DNA from: Lama glama
Lineage: Eukaryota
NCBI GenBank assembly: GCA_028534125.1
Contig: CM052817.1
Span: 58,654,001 to 58,718,000, forward strand
DNA length: 64,000 bases
Direction: 5' to 3'
A model generated the notes under the pieces. It ran no database searches and had not been told where the DNA came from. It saw only the letters and a program-made list of their open reading frames with translations. This document shows positions 25,936 through 40,019 of the stretch, in pieces (the stretch's first letter is position 1; each line of letters begins with the position of its first letter). Both the position numbers and the translations under genes were made by a program.

Positions 25936-26336
25936 ATATTTTTTAATTGGAATGTGTGCCATTCATGAAATAAACAGGATATAAAGTTCAAAAATAATTC
26001 AGGATGATGAAATTTTAAAAGAAATTAGTTTAGATTTTTCAGAAGGGAAAAAACACAAATCTTAGGAATTTCAGATTTATTAAATTCACAGTTGTCTACT
26101 AATGATATGAGAGGTTACAAAATTTGAACTAAATTGGAAATCTAAACGCTAAGCACTGAGGGATGTAATGTGTATTTAAATTAGTCCCTGAAGGAAGGGT
26201 TTGTACTTAGACTTTAATGAACAGATTTCCAAAGCAATAACACAATATTATCATGGGTAATGATTAATGTTCAAGTGTTATGACATGCAGCTATAGAATT
26301 ACACTTACCCCACTCATTTAAAACTGAGAAGTGACA

Positions 26337-27905
26337 TTTTTATTGAAGTATAGTTGATTTACAATGTTGTATTAGTTTTAGGTGTACAGCAAAGTGATTC
26401 AGTTATACATATATATCTATTCTTTTTCAGATTCTTTTCTAACTTATTACAAGATACTGAATATAGTTCCCTGTGCTATGCAACAAGTCCTTGTTTTTTG
26501 TCTGTTTTGTATATAGTAGTGCATATATATTAATCCTAAATCCCTAATTTATTCTCCCCTCCCCCCTGCCCCACTTTCTCCTTTGGTAACCATAGTTTAT
26601 TTTCTATGTCTGTGAGTCTATTTCCAGTTTGTAAATAAGTTCATTTGTATCAATTTTTAGATTCCAACATAAGTGACATATTTGTCTTCCTCTGTCTGAC
26701 TTACTTTACTTAATATGATAATCTCTAGATCCATCCTCATTGCTGCAAATGGCATTATTTCATTTTTATGGCTGAGTAATATTCCATTGTATATGTGTGT
26801 GTGTGTGTGTGTGTATATATTTTACTTCTTTATCCATTCATCTGTTGATGGACACTTAGGTTGTTTCCATTGTCTTGGCTATTGTAAATAATGCTGTTGT
26901 GAACATTGGGGGTGCATGTATCTTTTAGAATTAAAGTTTTCTCTGGATAAATGCCCAGGAGTGGCATGGCTGGATTATGTGGTAACTCTGTTTTCAGTTT
27001 TTTAAAGGAATCTCCCTACTGTTCTCCATAGTGGCTGCACCAATTTACATTGCCACCTACACTGTAGGAGGGTTCTTTTTTCTCCACACCCTCTCCAGCA
27101 CTTACTATTTGTTGACTTTTTCGTGATGGCCACTGTGACTGGTGTGAAGTGATATATCATTGTAGTCTTTCTCTAATTAGTTACGTTAAGCATCTTCATT
27201 TGCCTCTTGGCCATCTGTATGTCTTCTTTAGAGAAATTTCTGTTTAGATCTTTTGTCCATTTTTTGATTTTTTTTTTTTTTGATGAGCTGTATGAGCTGT
27301 TTGTATATTTTGGAAATTAACCCCTTGTCAATCACATTGTTTGCAAATATTTTCTCCTATTCCATAGTTTGTCTTTTCATTTTGTTTATGGTTTCTTTTG
27401 CTGTGCAAAAGCTTTTAAGTTAGGTCCCATTTATTTTTGGCTTTTTTTCCCATTACTCTAGGGGACTGATCCAAATAAAATTGCTGTGATTTATGTCAAA
27501 AAGTGTTCTCCCTATGTTTTCTTCTAAGAGTTTTAAAGTATCCAGTCTTAAATTTAGGTCTTGAATTTATTTTGAGTTCATTTTTGTATATGATGTTAGA
27601 GAATGTTCTAGTTTCATTCTTTTACGTGTAACTGTCCAGTTTTTTTCCAGAGCCGCTTATTAAAGAGACAGTCTTTTCTCTATTGTATAATCTTGCTCTC
27701 TTGTAGATTGACCATAAGTGTGAATTTTTTTCTGGGCTTTCTGTCCTGTTCCATTGATATGTGTTTGTTTCTGTGCCAGTACCATACTGTTTTGATTACT
27801 GTATCTTTGCAGTATAGTCTAAACTCAGGGAGCAAGATTCCTCCAGCTTTGTTCTTCCTCAAGATTGTTTTGACTATTTGAGATCTTTTATGTTTCCATA
27901 CAAAT
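26337..27905 (-). mobile_element. 5'-truncated artiodactyl-type LINE-1 (3'UTR plus ORF2 C-terminal part, disrupted)
   Basis: 3' end tttttattgaagtatagttgatttacaatgtt. ORF fragment [33 protein letters not shown] is L1 ORF2. Contains a (TG)n run at about 26793-26814. Confidence 0.95.
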
Positions 27906-28052
27906 ATTTTTTAACACCTTTAACTGTGGTATGGTTCCTGTACAGTGAAGTACACATATTTCAAATGTACATTGATGAATTTTGATAGATATATACACCA
28001 GTGAAACCACTACCACAATCAAGATAGGTAACATTTCCATCACTCCCCAAGA
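27906..28052 (-). mobile_element. Short 3'-terminal fragment of an older L1 (L1MA/MB-type)
   Basis: tacattgatgaattttgata.atatatacacc.gtgaaaccactaccacaatcaagata..taacatttccatcac.cc is typical of L1M 3' ends. Confidence 0.7.
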
Positions 28053-28054
28053 GG

Positions 28055-29650
28055 TGTAATTTTCGAGTTCACAATTTATCTCTTCCCACCTCCTTTAATC
28101 ACTGGTAACCGTTAGTTTGTTCTCTATGTCTGTGAGCCTGTTTGTTTTGTAGATAAGTTCATTTGTGTCTTTTTTTAATTCCATATATAAGCGATATATG
28201 GAATTTTTCTTTTTCTTTCTGGCTTACTTCACTTAGAATGATGATCCCCCGATCCGTCCACGTTGCTGCAAATGGCATTTTTTTTTAGGGCTGAGTGGTA
28301 TTCCATTGTACATATATACCACATCTTCTGTATCTAGTCGTCTGTTGATGGAAATTCAGATTGTTTCCCTGTCTTGGCTATTGTAAATAGTACTGCTGTG
28401 AACTTGGGGGTGCATGTGTGTTTTTGAGTTTTATTTTCCTTCGGATTTATGCCCAGGAGTGGAATTGCTGGATCATATGATAAGTCTATTTTTAGTTTTT
28501 AGGGGACCCTCCATACTGTCCTCCACAGTGGCTGCACCAGTCTACATTCCCATCAACAGTGTAGGAAGGTTGCCTTTTCTCCACACCCTCTCCAGCATCT
28601 ATTGTTTGTAGATGTTTTATGGCTATCCTGACTGGTGTGAGAGGATATCTCATTGTAGTTTTGATATGCATTTCTCTTGACAATTAGTGATGCGGAGCTT
28701 TTTTTTATGTGAATCTTGGCCATTTGTATGTCTACATTGGAGAATGGCTTGTTTAGGTCTTCTACCATTTTTTGGCTTGTGTTGCTTGTTTCTTTTGATA
28801 TTAAGGTGTATGAGCTGTTTGTATATTTTGGAAATTAGTCCCTTGTCAGTCGCATCATTTGCAAATATTTTCTCCCATTCTGTAGGTTGTCTTTTCATTT
28901 TATTGATGGTATCCTTAGTTGTGCAAAAGCTTAAGTTTCATTAGATCCTGTTTCTCTCTCTTTGCTTTTATTTCCATTACTCCAGGAGCTGGTTCAAAAA
29001 ATACACTGCTGTGATTTCTGTCCAAGAGTGTTCTGCCTATGTTTTCCTCTAGGGGTTTTATAGTATCTGGTCTTATATTTAAGTCTTTAATCCATTTTGA
29101 GTTTATTTGTGTATATGGTATTAGAGAATGTTCTAATTTCAGTTCAGAACAGTTACAAGTATCTGTCCAGATTTCCCAGCACCACTTAATTGAAGAGATT
29201 GTCTTTTCTCCATTGTATATTATTGCCTCCTTTGCTGTAGATTAATTGACAATAAGTGTGTGGGTTTATTTCTGGGCTTTCTATCCTGTTCCATTGATGG
29301 TGTGTCTTTTTGTGCCAGTACCATACTGGTTTTGATTACTGTGGCTTTGTAGTATAGTCTGAAGTCAGAGAGCATGATTCCCCCAGCTCCATTCTTTTTT
29401 CAAGATTGTTTTGGCTATTTAGGATCTTCTGTGTTTTCATACAAATTTTAGCATTTATTGCTCCAGCTCTGTGAAAAATGTCATTGGTAATTTGATAGGG
29501 ATTGCCTTGAATCTGTATATTGCCTTGGGTAGTATGGCCATTCTAACAACATTGATTCTTCCAGTCTAAGAACATGGTATATCTTTCCATCTGTCATCTT
29601 CAGTTTCTTTTGTCAGCATCATATAGTTTTCAGAATACAGGTCTTTGTCT
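28055..29650 (-). mobile_element. Second truncated LINE-1 (ORF2 C-terminal region, partial 3'UTR)
   Basis: ORF fragments [49 protein letters not shown] and [11 protein letters not shown] are L1 ORF2, frameshifted. Confidence 0.95.
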
Positions 29651-29894
29651 TTTAAAATAATCTTGTAAGTACATTTAAGAGGCTTTGGAGTTTTCATATT
29701 TTAAAAAACATACCATTGTAGAATAGGTTGTTAGTACTTAATGAGTTAGCATCTGTTGTTTGAAGGCAGAAGGTACAAACAATTAACCATTTAATTAAGC
29801 AAGTGTCAGTGAAAACATAAAACATTTTTTAAAGTATCATAATTTGATTAATTTGTAATTTCCAGTAATTTAAATTTGAATAATTTAGCTTTTG

Positions 29895-30000
29895 ATACAC
29901 CTTGTGAATACCTTGTTTCATTTGACCCTCACAAAATGTGTGAGATAGGACACATAGCTATCATTCCTTAATTTTTACCAATCAGGAAACAGCTTATAAA
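29895..30000 (-). mobile_element. MIR fragment
   Basis: tcatttgaccctcacaa...tgtgagatagg...tatcattcc...tttac..atcaggaaac. Confidence 0.6.
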
Positions 30001-33000
30001 TCATTCAGCTATGCAATATTAAATTTAAAGCCATGGTGAAAACCACAGCTCTCCTAATAAAGCAATCCAACTGTTCTCTTTTTCTGTTAGAGTAGTGCTG
30101 GTGCAGTAGTGGTATTGGTAGGGGGTGAGAAGAGTGGGATGCTAGGAGACTCATGGTCACAAAAAATGACTTGGTAAAGAATAGACTGGGAACAGGTTGT
30201 TGAGACTCTAACAAGTAAAAATAATTAAAATACAATTAATTTATTGAGCAATTATTTGACACCTTTCTGAGCATAGTGCCTTATTTTTGTGAAGCAGAAT
30301 TTAGCTATTAAGAGAGACTAAAGAGGTTCTCGGAATAAAATTACATGCTATCAGTTAGACTGTGTTACCATATGTACTTAAAAACTGTCTTGGCTGCTGC
30401 TATGTCCTCCAGACTAATAAATAATTATGTAAGTTAGAAACAGCATACCATATGGTCCCTCTTCTCAAATGTAAGTCAGTTACTCTCTAATGAAGCATTT
30501 CAGTGAAGCATTTTGGCTGTTTACCTAATAAATCAGAACTTGTTTCTTCTTAGGAATGACAACTGATATCTAACGGTGGCCTTGATTTTTGATGCTCCTT
30601 CTCATGCCTTATGTGATTTTAAATCTAATTGTAAAACTTTTAAGGTAACAGAATGTCACAATACAGTGTTATTAGCTGGTTCTACCAAGCATGAAACATC
30701 CCTTACCATCAAGCATCTAGGTTTTCCCCCATCTCATCCTACCCTTAAGGTGGAAATCTGACAGTGTTACATGAAGACACAAAAGCTGTTGTTTCATAAC
30801 TAAAGTTAAAGGATAGAGATGAACCTTAATTCTGTCATGTAGCTAGATTCCAAGAAAACACAATTAGCATTCAACATGTTAATGTTCTCTCTCAACAGAT
30901 TGGCCTGGTTTGAAATGGGAGTCACTATTCACCACATCAATATGTTGTCTCTCACTTATTATTATACTCTAGATTTAGAAGAGAGAAACTTGACATAGTA
31001 CTTCCCAACCCTTATTACTAGAATGCTGCAATATTTTTGCCTTTTAGGGATTACCTGGTTATAAAACTTTCCCTTACTCAGTTTACCGTAGGAAATTATT
31101 TTATTAACATTTTATTCTTGTGAAGTATAAATAGTGAGTTCCTGAAATATTTAAACATATATTCAGAGGAATCATTTTCTTCTGCTTCACTGACTCAATA
31201 GCAGCTTTTTTAATCAAATGATGCTTGTCCTTATCACATCTCAGTGACTGCTAATATAAGAATACATGTGATCATACATATTCCTATTATACACCCTTTT
31301 TCCTTCTCTTATCCTTCATTTTTCTCTGCATCTTTTTTCACAGCAAACTAAGTTCTTTACTTAGTCATTTTAGAATATTTAGTAGAATTGTAATTTGTTA
31401 ATTGTTAGCTATTGTACCTATACCAAATATTCTATACTTGAAGGTTATAACGTACCCAATCAGAAAAAAAGAATGAAATGATAAAGGAGGGAGGAAGGGG
31501 AGAAAAGCTACTATTTAAATCTTCATTTCCTGAAACTTGATGCATATTTAGTTGCTTACTCTGGGTAACAGAACTGTAGTTCCACGTGACAATCCTTTAT
31601 CATTAAAGCAACAATAAATGTTCTCTTTGCAATTCAGTGACCAAGAGAAACCAGACTTCTTCCTGTTTGGTTCACCTCCGCTTTTTGCCTTCTAGTGAAT
31701 TTTTCTCTCCCACTATGATCTGTGCTGGAATAGCACTTTCTTGTGTCAGGGCTCTTAGTCTTCATTTTCTACTTGTGAACTTGCCTATAGTTCACCCCAC
31801 TAATGTTTTCAGAGGCTTGCTTCCTCCCATTTTTCCACAAACTTGTTTGCTTGACGTAAGTCCTCCTTTGCCTTGATTTCAGTGTGCCTGCTTCATGCTG
31901 CCTTTCTATTTGTTAGCTGACAGCTCTCCGCTTGTGTTCTTTATGCCTCTGTGATAAACAGATTGTTTGATTGTGTAATTTTTATCAGAAAAAGAAAAAT
32001 TTGATTTGGCTTCCAGGTGAACACAGACCTATAGATAAACACTCCCTGAAAATCTATGAGAGCAGTGGTATTTCTTTCCTGATCATTTCTCTTCCCAGGA
32101 GCAAGGCGCAATATCTGGCCCAGTAAATGTTTGGACCTTTTATTTGGCAGGTCAGGTGGGATACCTGTTTAGGGCATGTCTTACACTCTTGGGAGGCTAC
32201 AAATAGCACTGATATCTTCACATAGACTGTGTTACGAAAGACATAATTAATGACACATTTCTATGACCTGAGTTAAGTATGCTCAAAAGATTTTGGCTCT
32301 TAAATATTAATAGTGAACATTTTTCCATATGTCACAAAACATTTTGAAGTTTTAAGACCCTAGGTTTTATTGTTTTATTTTTAATCTAAGCAACAATTTC
32401 TCATTTTGATGAATCCAATATATTCTTTGCTTTGTGAAATCTTGTAAAATAGATGTTATGTTATTGACCCGGCTGTTGAAATACAGACAAGTTAGTTGCT
32501 CAAGGACATAGAGGTATACTGGCAGGAATAGGCAGAATTTGTGTTCTGTTGCCCACTCAAAAATCAAATGCCTTTGCTATAGTTATGATTAAGGATAGAG
32601 CATAAGGAAGATAATGTATCAAAAAGCCTCTAGAATTTCTTTTAAGGTTATTTCATTTCAATATGACATAGTTTAATTTAGTGAAAGCTGACCTTTTGAG
32701 CGGTGAAAAGATAATTTCACCTCAGACTGAACATTAATTCATACTAATTAGAAGTTAGGAAGTCATGTGACTCCGGCAGCTGAACAAACACCACACATCT
32801 GAGATTTTAAAATGTCTACCTTAACACTGATGCATCTGATACCTTTGTCGGCAATTTACTGTCAGTGTCTGTCTAGGTGGCATCTGGTACATCAGTGGTA
32901 GAGTGATTGAGATTCTCTCTCTAGCTTCATACCTACCTCTTTTTATGTTTTGTCTCTCTACACAGTTATCATCATTTGAGTACGAAAGACACTATAAGTC

Positions 33001-36000
33001 ATGCATTTTTTATTAAACTTTGAGGAGGCAGTTAAACAACAACAATGCAACTTTATCTTATTTTTCTGTATGTCCTCATTTCCCCTCCATATACCACAGT
33101 TACCTTGTTACTTTCCTAGTCCTTGTCCTTAAGCCCTCCCTTGCCTCTTCTCCTTGCCAATGTGGCTAGTACTACTAACCTTCTAAAACTATGTATAATT
33201 AGAAATCATTTACTAATGTGACTAATTTGCTTTGAGAAAATATTCGAGCATTTTATAAATGAGTTAGTAGTTGAAGCAATGAAGCAAATTACAAAGGCAA
33301 AGAGGCATTAATCTTACTTTACAAAAAGTCTTTATATTCCCTTTCCAGAATAGGGTGTCTGCATATGACAAGATTAACATAAAAGAGCAGTGAGATGGTT
33401 CATACAGGCATGAGCCAAAATCTGTACCCACAATTTGGAATCAGATTATTGATCCTCTCCCACCTTTTCAGATATCTTTTATTTTTCTTAAGATAATCCA
33501 TCAAATTTATACTTGTTGCCTAAAACTTCTGTTTAATCTATAAAAGTTTTCTAACAGGTAGAAAGGGTATGAACATCGTTTCTTAAGATGCCATGTCGCC
33601 AATCAGAGATTATATAGGATGAACACCACTCTCATTTCCCCCTCTTTTCTCACCTGTAACACTCAGTTAACTGGGTTTCTTCCATTTACACACTATATTC
33701 AGTATGCTCTACCCCATCCAGAATACTTTGGATGGCTTCCTATTGTCAATATGTGAGAGACTTCACAGGCAATTTGTAACCAAACTTAAGAATACCTTAG
33801 TAACATTACACACCCCCATGCAACAACAACCCCACAGTAAAGAACAAACTGAATTAAGTGTACAGCTAGTTATCCTTGCAACATTTATAAAAACTTGATT
33901 TAATAAACTTAAGTATGGATTTTCTTATTATAACTTGTAGGAATGTAAAAAAAAATTATATTCCAAATGCCTAATCAAAATTAATTTTCTTAATTTTTGA
34001 AAGCTAAAGAAATACCTAATTTGTATTTGTATTTTGAATTTTCATACATCGTTTTTAATTGCTTCACATTTTTAATGTTTATATTTAATTTTAGATAGAT
34101 CTAATTTTTAGATATCTTTATTAATTCATTTATTATTTTTATTGTATTCTATAGCCTTTTCTAAACTCGAGGCAGTTTCTGGCTGGCTTAACAGCCTACC
34201 TAATAGTGTTGAAATAATTTTTTTACTTTTATTGGAAAGTAAAGTGTGTATTTTGAGTTTTAATGAACAAATAAAGACAAAAAACTTAATATGGTGAATT
34301 AAGAGTAAAGAGAAATTTAAGACGTAAGCAAATTTTTACATTGACATTTTCATGTCAGTATTAGCTGGTGGGTGAAGGTGCTTAACTAAGCAGATTGCTT
34401 CATTTGGAAATGGCTGAAATTTTAACAATGTAGTATGTATGTTTACTTTCAAATAGACTTGAACATTGATAATTTTCTTTGTTAGGAAAATGAATCAAAT
34501 TAGTATTTTAGATATCAATTTCTATGGTTTCATGTTGTAGTATTGGATGAAAAGTTTGATTAGTATAATCTTATTTCTATAAAACCTTAAGTGATTATTG
34601 CAGCATTCATTGGTCTTTGTCTTCTGTGATTTGGCAAGTAATTTTATGGTTGTGTTATTATACTAATCATTACTGTATTTTTTTTTTTACCTCTGTAACT
34701 AGATTGCACACCTTTGAAATAAAACTGTATAATTTATGCTTTTGTCTTTGCCATGAAACTTAAATAAATCCTCTGCACATAACAGATAGATGTTCAATAA
34801 TTTCTGAATTCAAACTGCAAATAAAGCTCTTGATTATCAACTTCTTCATAGCTAGATCCTTTCTGTAGTTCTTCAATGCAATATAATTAGTAATGTTAAA
34901 TTTTGACAAATACTAGAACAAGGTATCTATTGTTAAGTATTTGTTGTGATTTCCAAAATCTCCAATTAGGACTCGGAATTCCTTAAAAGTTCTTCCAATT
35001 GGTTTTTCTGATTTTCATTTTTAGTGTTCAGATTCTTGTTAATACCAAACCAAACTTTTAAAATGATATTTATCCTTAATATCTCATGCAGATCTCTAAT
35101 GGCAAAAAAGCTAATATTCTGATGCTTTGATAGATTATTATTTTTTAACTTTATTAGACCTTGCATGATTCATTATACCTTTTGACCTTTAATCATATTG
35201 AATATGCACAGATAACATTAGGTACTAAGCTGTCTAGGTGAAATGAGCATTACCTGCTGAAATGTAGACATACAAGCACATTTTTGGAAAAGAAAAAAAA
35301 TGGCAATGGAACTTTTAGAGCAAACATTTGGGGTCAAATAGAAAATATTAAGCTAAAAATTGGAGTGCCTTGAACTTAACATACTGAATCTCTTATTCTG
35401 TCTGCCCCTAATCATGACAGATGGCCTTCAGAATCTCAATGGGCTGTTCCCACTTTTCAGATTTAAATAAGATACATTATTTAATAACTGGCTTTATTTT
35501 AATTCTATTTTCAAAAATGTAAGCAAATAATTACACATTAACACTATGCTACTAAGTATAGTCGTTATTTCATTTTCAACCTTTCCTTCTTAAGTCTGCT
35601 CTCAAGGTGAAAGAGAATGCTGGTGTAGTGAAAAGTGAATGATTTCTTCATGTGTGGCTTTCTTGCTATCTTCAACTGAAAAGTTAACTATGTGCCTAGT
35701 CAGAGGTATTCAGTGCTATTTCCTCCTCACTAAAATTGCTGCGGAAGCATTTTTCCCACTTACACTTCCAGTTATCTCTAGGCACAGCTTTAGGGAATAT
35801 TTTAAAAGTTACAAAAAATTTTCTTATGATATGATTACATAAATCCTTTATCTCCAAATACAAATCATTCAAGGGTTGTATTTGAAGTTTTAAAAATAAG
35901 CATATAAAGCTAGGGACTATGGCAAACCTCTAAACTTATTTAAAATGTTCCTTTTTTTCCTTATTCTTGTAAAAAATATTCTGTCTTTTGACCTTAGAGG

Positions 36001-38739
36001 AGGGTTTTCTTTCTACAAAGAAATCTTGCCATGGGGTTTCTATTTTGATACTAGTCTTGTAGAAGGGGCATTTGGCCAGATCATCAAATGATTTGGATCT
36101 AACTAACTGCTACTGTTTCCCCTCCCCCAGAGAACTTGAGAAAGACACTTAATGATATGCATAGGTACTGAAGAAAGTTACCTAAAAATGCCATAAAAAT
36201 CAACAAATGCTTATAGCTGACTTTTGCTTCATCGGTTGATACTCTTTAAAGGAAATAACTTACCTGTTTTTTTTTTTCCCCTTTGCTCATCGTATTTAGC
36301 CACTTAGAAAACCCAATGCCCAGCTTAAAAAAAAAAAGAGGTACATGTATAAATTCTGTCTGTATAGTGTCTTTTAAGATCTTGTTCTCTAATGATCTAT
36401 GGCATGGGGCAGTCTTTGTGAGTTGGGCCACTTGAACAATTGTGTGACTATCTAACAAAAGAGGCCATGATAAATGAATATCCTTTTGTTTTGGTGGTTA
36501 TTAAATACCTTCAGTTTCATACAGTGAGAAACTTGATAAACAGTTGAGCTTCATGGTTAATGACATTTCCAAATTCTAGAATGTCTGTAAATAATGGAAG
36601 AACTTCATTATAAGCAATAGTGGATAAAGCAAAGAACCTCTCTTCTGACACATGAGAATAAATTACTTCACATCTCATCTATATTTAGAGAATGAGGAAG
36701 AAGTCCATTCATTTATCCTCTGATATACATTTTTGGATAAATGATGGTCCTGCTTTTAAACCTGAAGTCCAAATGGTTTAATACAATAAAATATGTGACA
36801 TTTCATAGGCATTTTGTAACACATCTTGCATGTCACTGTAGTGCAGTTACATCCAATATCAGTTATTCCCTAAGGTATTATGTAGTTGTAGATCATAAAC
36901 TTTTTGCTTAAATTAAACATCACAGCTGGTTGCTTTAATTTGATGCATTATACCACAAATGTTTCAACAGCTTGATTAAAATGAGCCATACTGAAGATTC
37001 AAAAGAAGAGCGAAGGTCAGTGCACATGAAGCCTAGTCATTTGCAAATTTTCTTTGGGCATATTAAAAAGCATCCTGCAGAATACAGTTTAGTGGAATGT
37101 GACCAAACAAACTAAAATAAAACAGTAGACTGTTGCAGTGGTGTTTCACTTATGGAAAGCAATACTATAAATTCTTAATCTCATGACAGTGTTTACAGTA
37201 GCACATTTAAAAAATCAAGAATATTGTGCTTTGAGAGTGTTGTTTACTACTTCTATTGTGATAGCCTTGCCTGTTTCTTTTCAAACTTAAAACTTCATTA
37301 AATCTGCAAAGGGAAGGTGTTTAGTAGAAAAGAAAGACCAAAATGGTTGCCCTTGTTCTCACCTACCTAGGAAATCTCCCCTCCCACCCCCGTCAATTAA
37401 AAGACTAGAAAAGCTGCCCCTTCACTTGTTCTATTTGTACTCCAAACACTTTTAGCTAAGAGGATTGATAATACCACTTAGATTATCATTGACTACAGCA
37501 ACATAAACTCAATTTTAAAACTGTTGAAACTCCAAGGGTGTTTGTCTAGTTCATAGCAGTTAGCCCTAAATATTTTTGTCAAAGCAACTTACAAGCTAAA
37601 AGAATCCCATCCTTACCAGAAAATTAAGTCTCCCAAATTATGTGTTGGCAACAAAACAAACATGGAAAAAATTAGTGCAATAGGTTAACACTGTGTTATT
37701 TCAAGACGTTGAAATCTGAGTTACTTCTTTATTAGTCATAAAATTGTAGAATTTTAAAGCTGAATGAGAACCAAAAGATATCTAAGAGTTTGTTCTCAGC
37801 ATCGTCTAATCATCTCTCAGTTCAGAAACATGAATTGTCCCTAAAGTATAACTCCCCTAGTGTGACATTTAGAGCCCAGTCCGATCTCATCCATATATCA
37901 CTAAACTATACTGAATTACACACTCTGAGCTAGCTTCTCTGTATGTGTTAGACAGTATTTTAAATGCTCTACTTCCATTCAACAGTCCATTATATCTCCT
38001 CCTAGAGTTACCCTAAATCCTTTCAATCAAAATCAACTCTTCCTTAATTGTTGTATCCACAAAACTTTATTATAGAGTTTGACTCATGGAATTCCTTTTG
38101 TCTTACATTAGTTGTTTTACCAGCCAGAGTATAAGCTCCTTTGGTTCATATGCTATTCATTTCTTCAGCCCTCTGTTTCTCTATGTACCTCATTAATGTC
38201 TACTGGGCCTAGTTGTATCATCATTCTAATCCAATACATATCTTTTTATGATGGAGGAAGCTGAGTTTTACAGAGGTTGTGTTTGCCAAACAAAATAGAT
38301 CTGTATTTCTAGGATCACAAACCTATTTCTGGTTGACCATACATAGATGCTTCATGACATATAAATGAAAAGCCTTTTCTGCTTTAAGTTACTGATATAA
38401 TCAGAGCTGGGAACTACAAATTTCCAGTTGCTCACTGCATTCTTCATTATCTTAAAGAGATCAGGGCATATTTTCTGCTCCTAATCTCTTATCTTCTCCA
38501 AACTCTTCTGTGGATAGGTATTTCTGCAGTTGATTTCAGCAGTAGCAGTAATCTACATCTCCTCATCTCACCTTGTGTGTTACCTGGAAGAAAATGTAAT
38601 CAATTGAAAAGAGTATGACATGAATAGTAGAGAAACCCAGATGTGGTCATGACCCCTGACTTTGCATTTACATTTTGAGGTCCCTTTTAGCCCCATGGCC
38701 TTACACATATTAAGGGCTCTCTCAAGATACTACTCTTTC

Positions 38740-38940
38740 CTCAACAGAGAGGCATATGTACTCTGGAGATGGATGTTCTGAGTTCAGACCTCATCTGTGT
38801 CACTTACTAGTTCTGTGACCTTGAATAAGATAGTAAAGTCTTCTGTACCTGAAATTTCTAATGTGAGACTTAGAATAATACTTAATTGTTGTGGGAATTA
38901 AGTAAATTAGGAGTCGCGAGGCATTTAGAATACCATATAG
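38740..38940 (+). mobile_element. MIR SINE fossil
   Basis: ctctggag...ctgagttca...cacttactag.tctgtgaccttgaataag. Confidence 0.75.
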
Positions 38941-40019
38941 GTTTACCTAGTGTTGTATTTTCTTCAAACTCAAATGACCCTTTCATTTTCTTACAAATGT
39001 AGCCCAAAATGATGCTTTCGAAACAAGGATTCTTCTCCCATGAATCCTCAATGGCATTACCTCCACAGGTTTTACTTTCTCTATAACACTTTCTTCATCG
39101 TGGACATTCAGTGTGTTTGAGCATGTATCCCGGCACAGAGTCACTGCCTAAAATCCTTCATGGGCATAACAGTACAAATTCCTAGGTGTTTGAGTTTCCC
39201 AGTTTGAAAGAATTAAAATATTTTCTCGTATTTTTTATTTTAATGAACTCTTCATTGTTCAAATAAAATGACTAGTGTGGGAACTTCAGAGCTGGAAAAA
39301 CTGATGGTTGAGGGAGTTCTGGCAGTGGGCAGGGAACTTCCAGATGACTGTATCGCCCAACATTGAGATCAGATCTGGTCTTAAATATGCAACAAAAGAC
39401 ACTGATAACACCGCTGAAACCTTTGTGAACTGTTAGTGTAGAAGGCTTCTAACAAGGGCTGCTGATGAGAGACCTTGATACCAACAGCCATAATTTGCTT
39501 CTTGAAACTCCTTAAAACAAGGTGGTAACAAATTTATTCCATTTTGTATGGTTCAAATGTGGCTTTGGGAATAAATATTACAAAGATACTTTAAATGAAA
39601 TAATGACATATTTTAATTGTTTTTACTTAGATGTAGACATTTTATACTTTATTGTGACTTGATACATTGTTTCTGCAATGCTTTAAGTGTGTGAGGGAGC
39701 AATTGTTTAATTCACTAAATTTGTCACTTTTATTTTCAAATTAGAACTGTTGGCACAAACTAAACTAATTTTTTGATATTTATAGTTTAATGGCAATTTC
39801 TACTTCCAAAAATGAATAAATGGTTTAACATTTTTGCAATTAAAAATATACAGCTTCTGTAAGAAATTCACACAATTAATTAAATCCTTAATTACAAATA
39901 TCGAAACTACAAATTTACCAAATTACAGTTACTATCACATATGTGATTTTTATCAGTGTTTCCTCTGAAATCTTTGCTACAGAAACCCTTGTTAATTGCC
40001 TTTGTTAGATTCTTACCTG

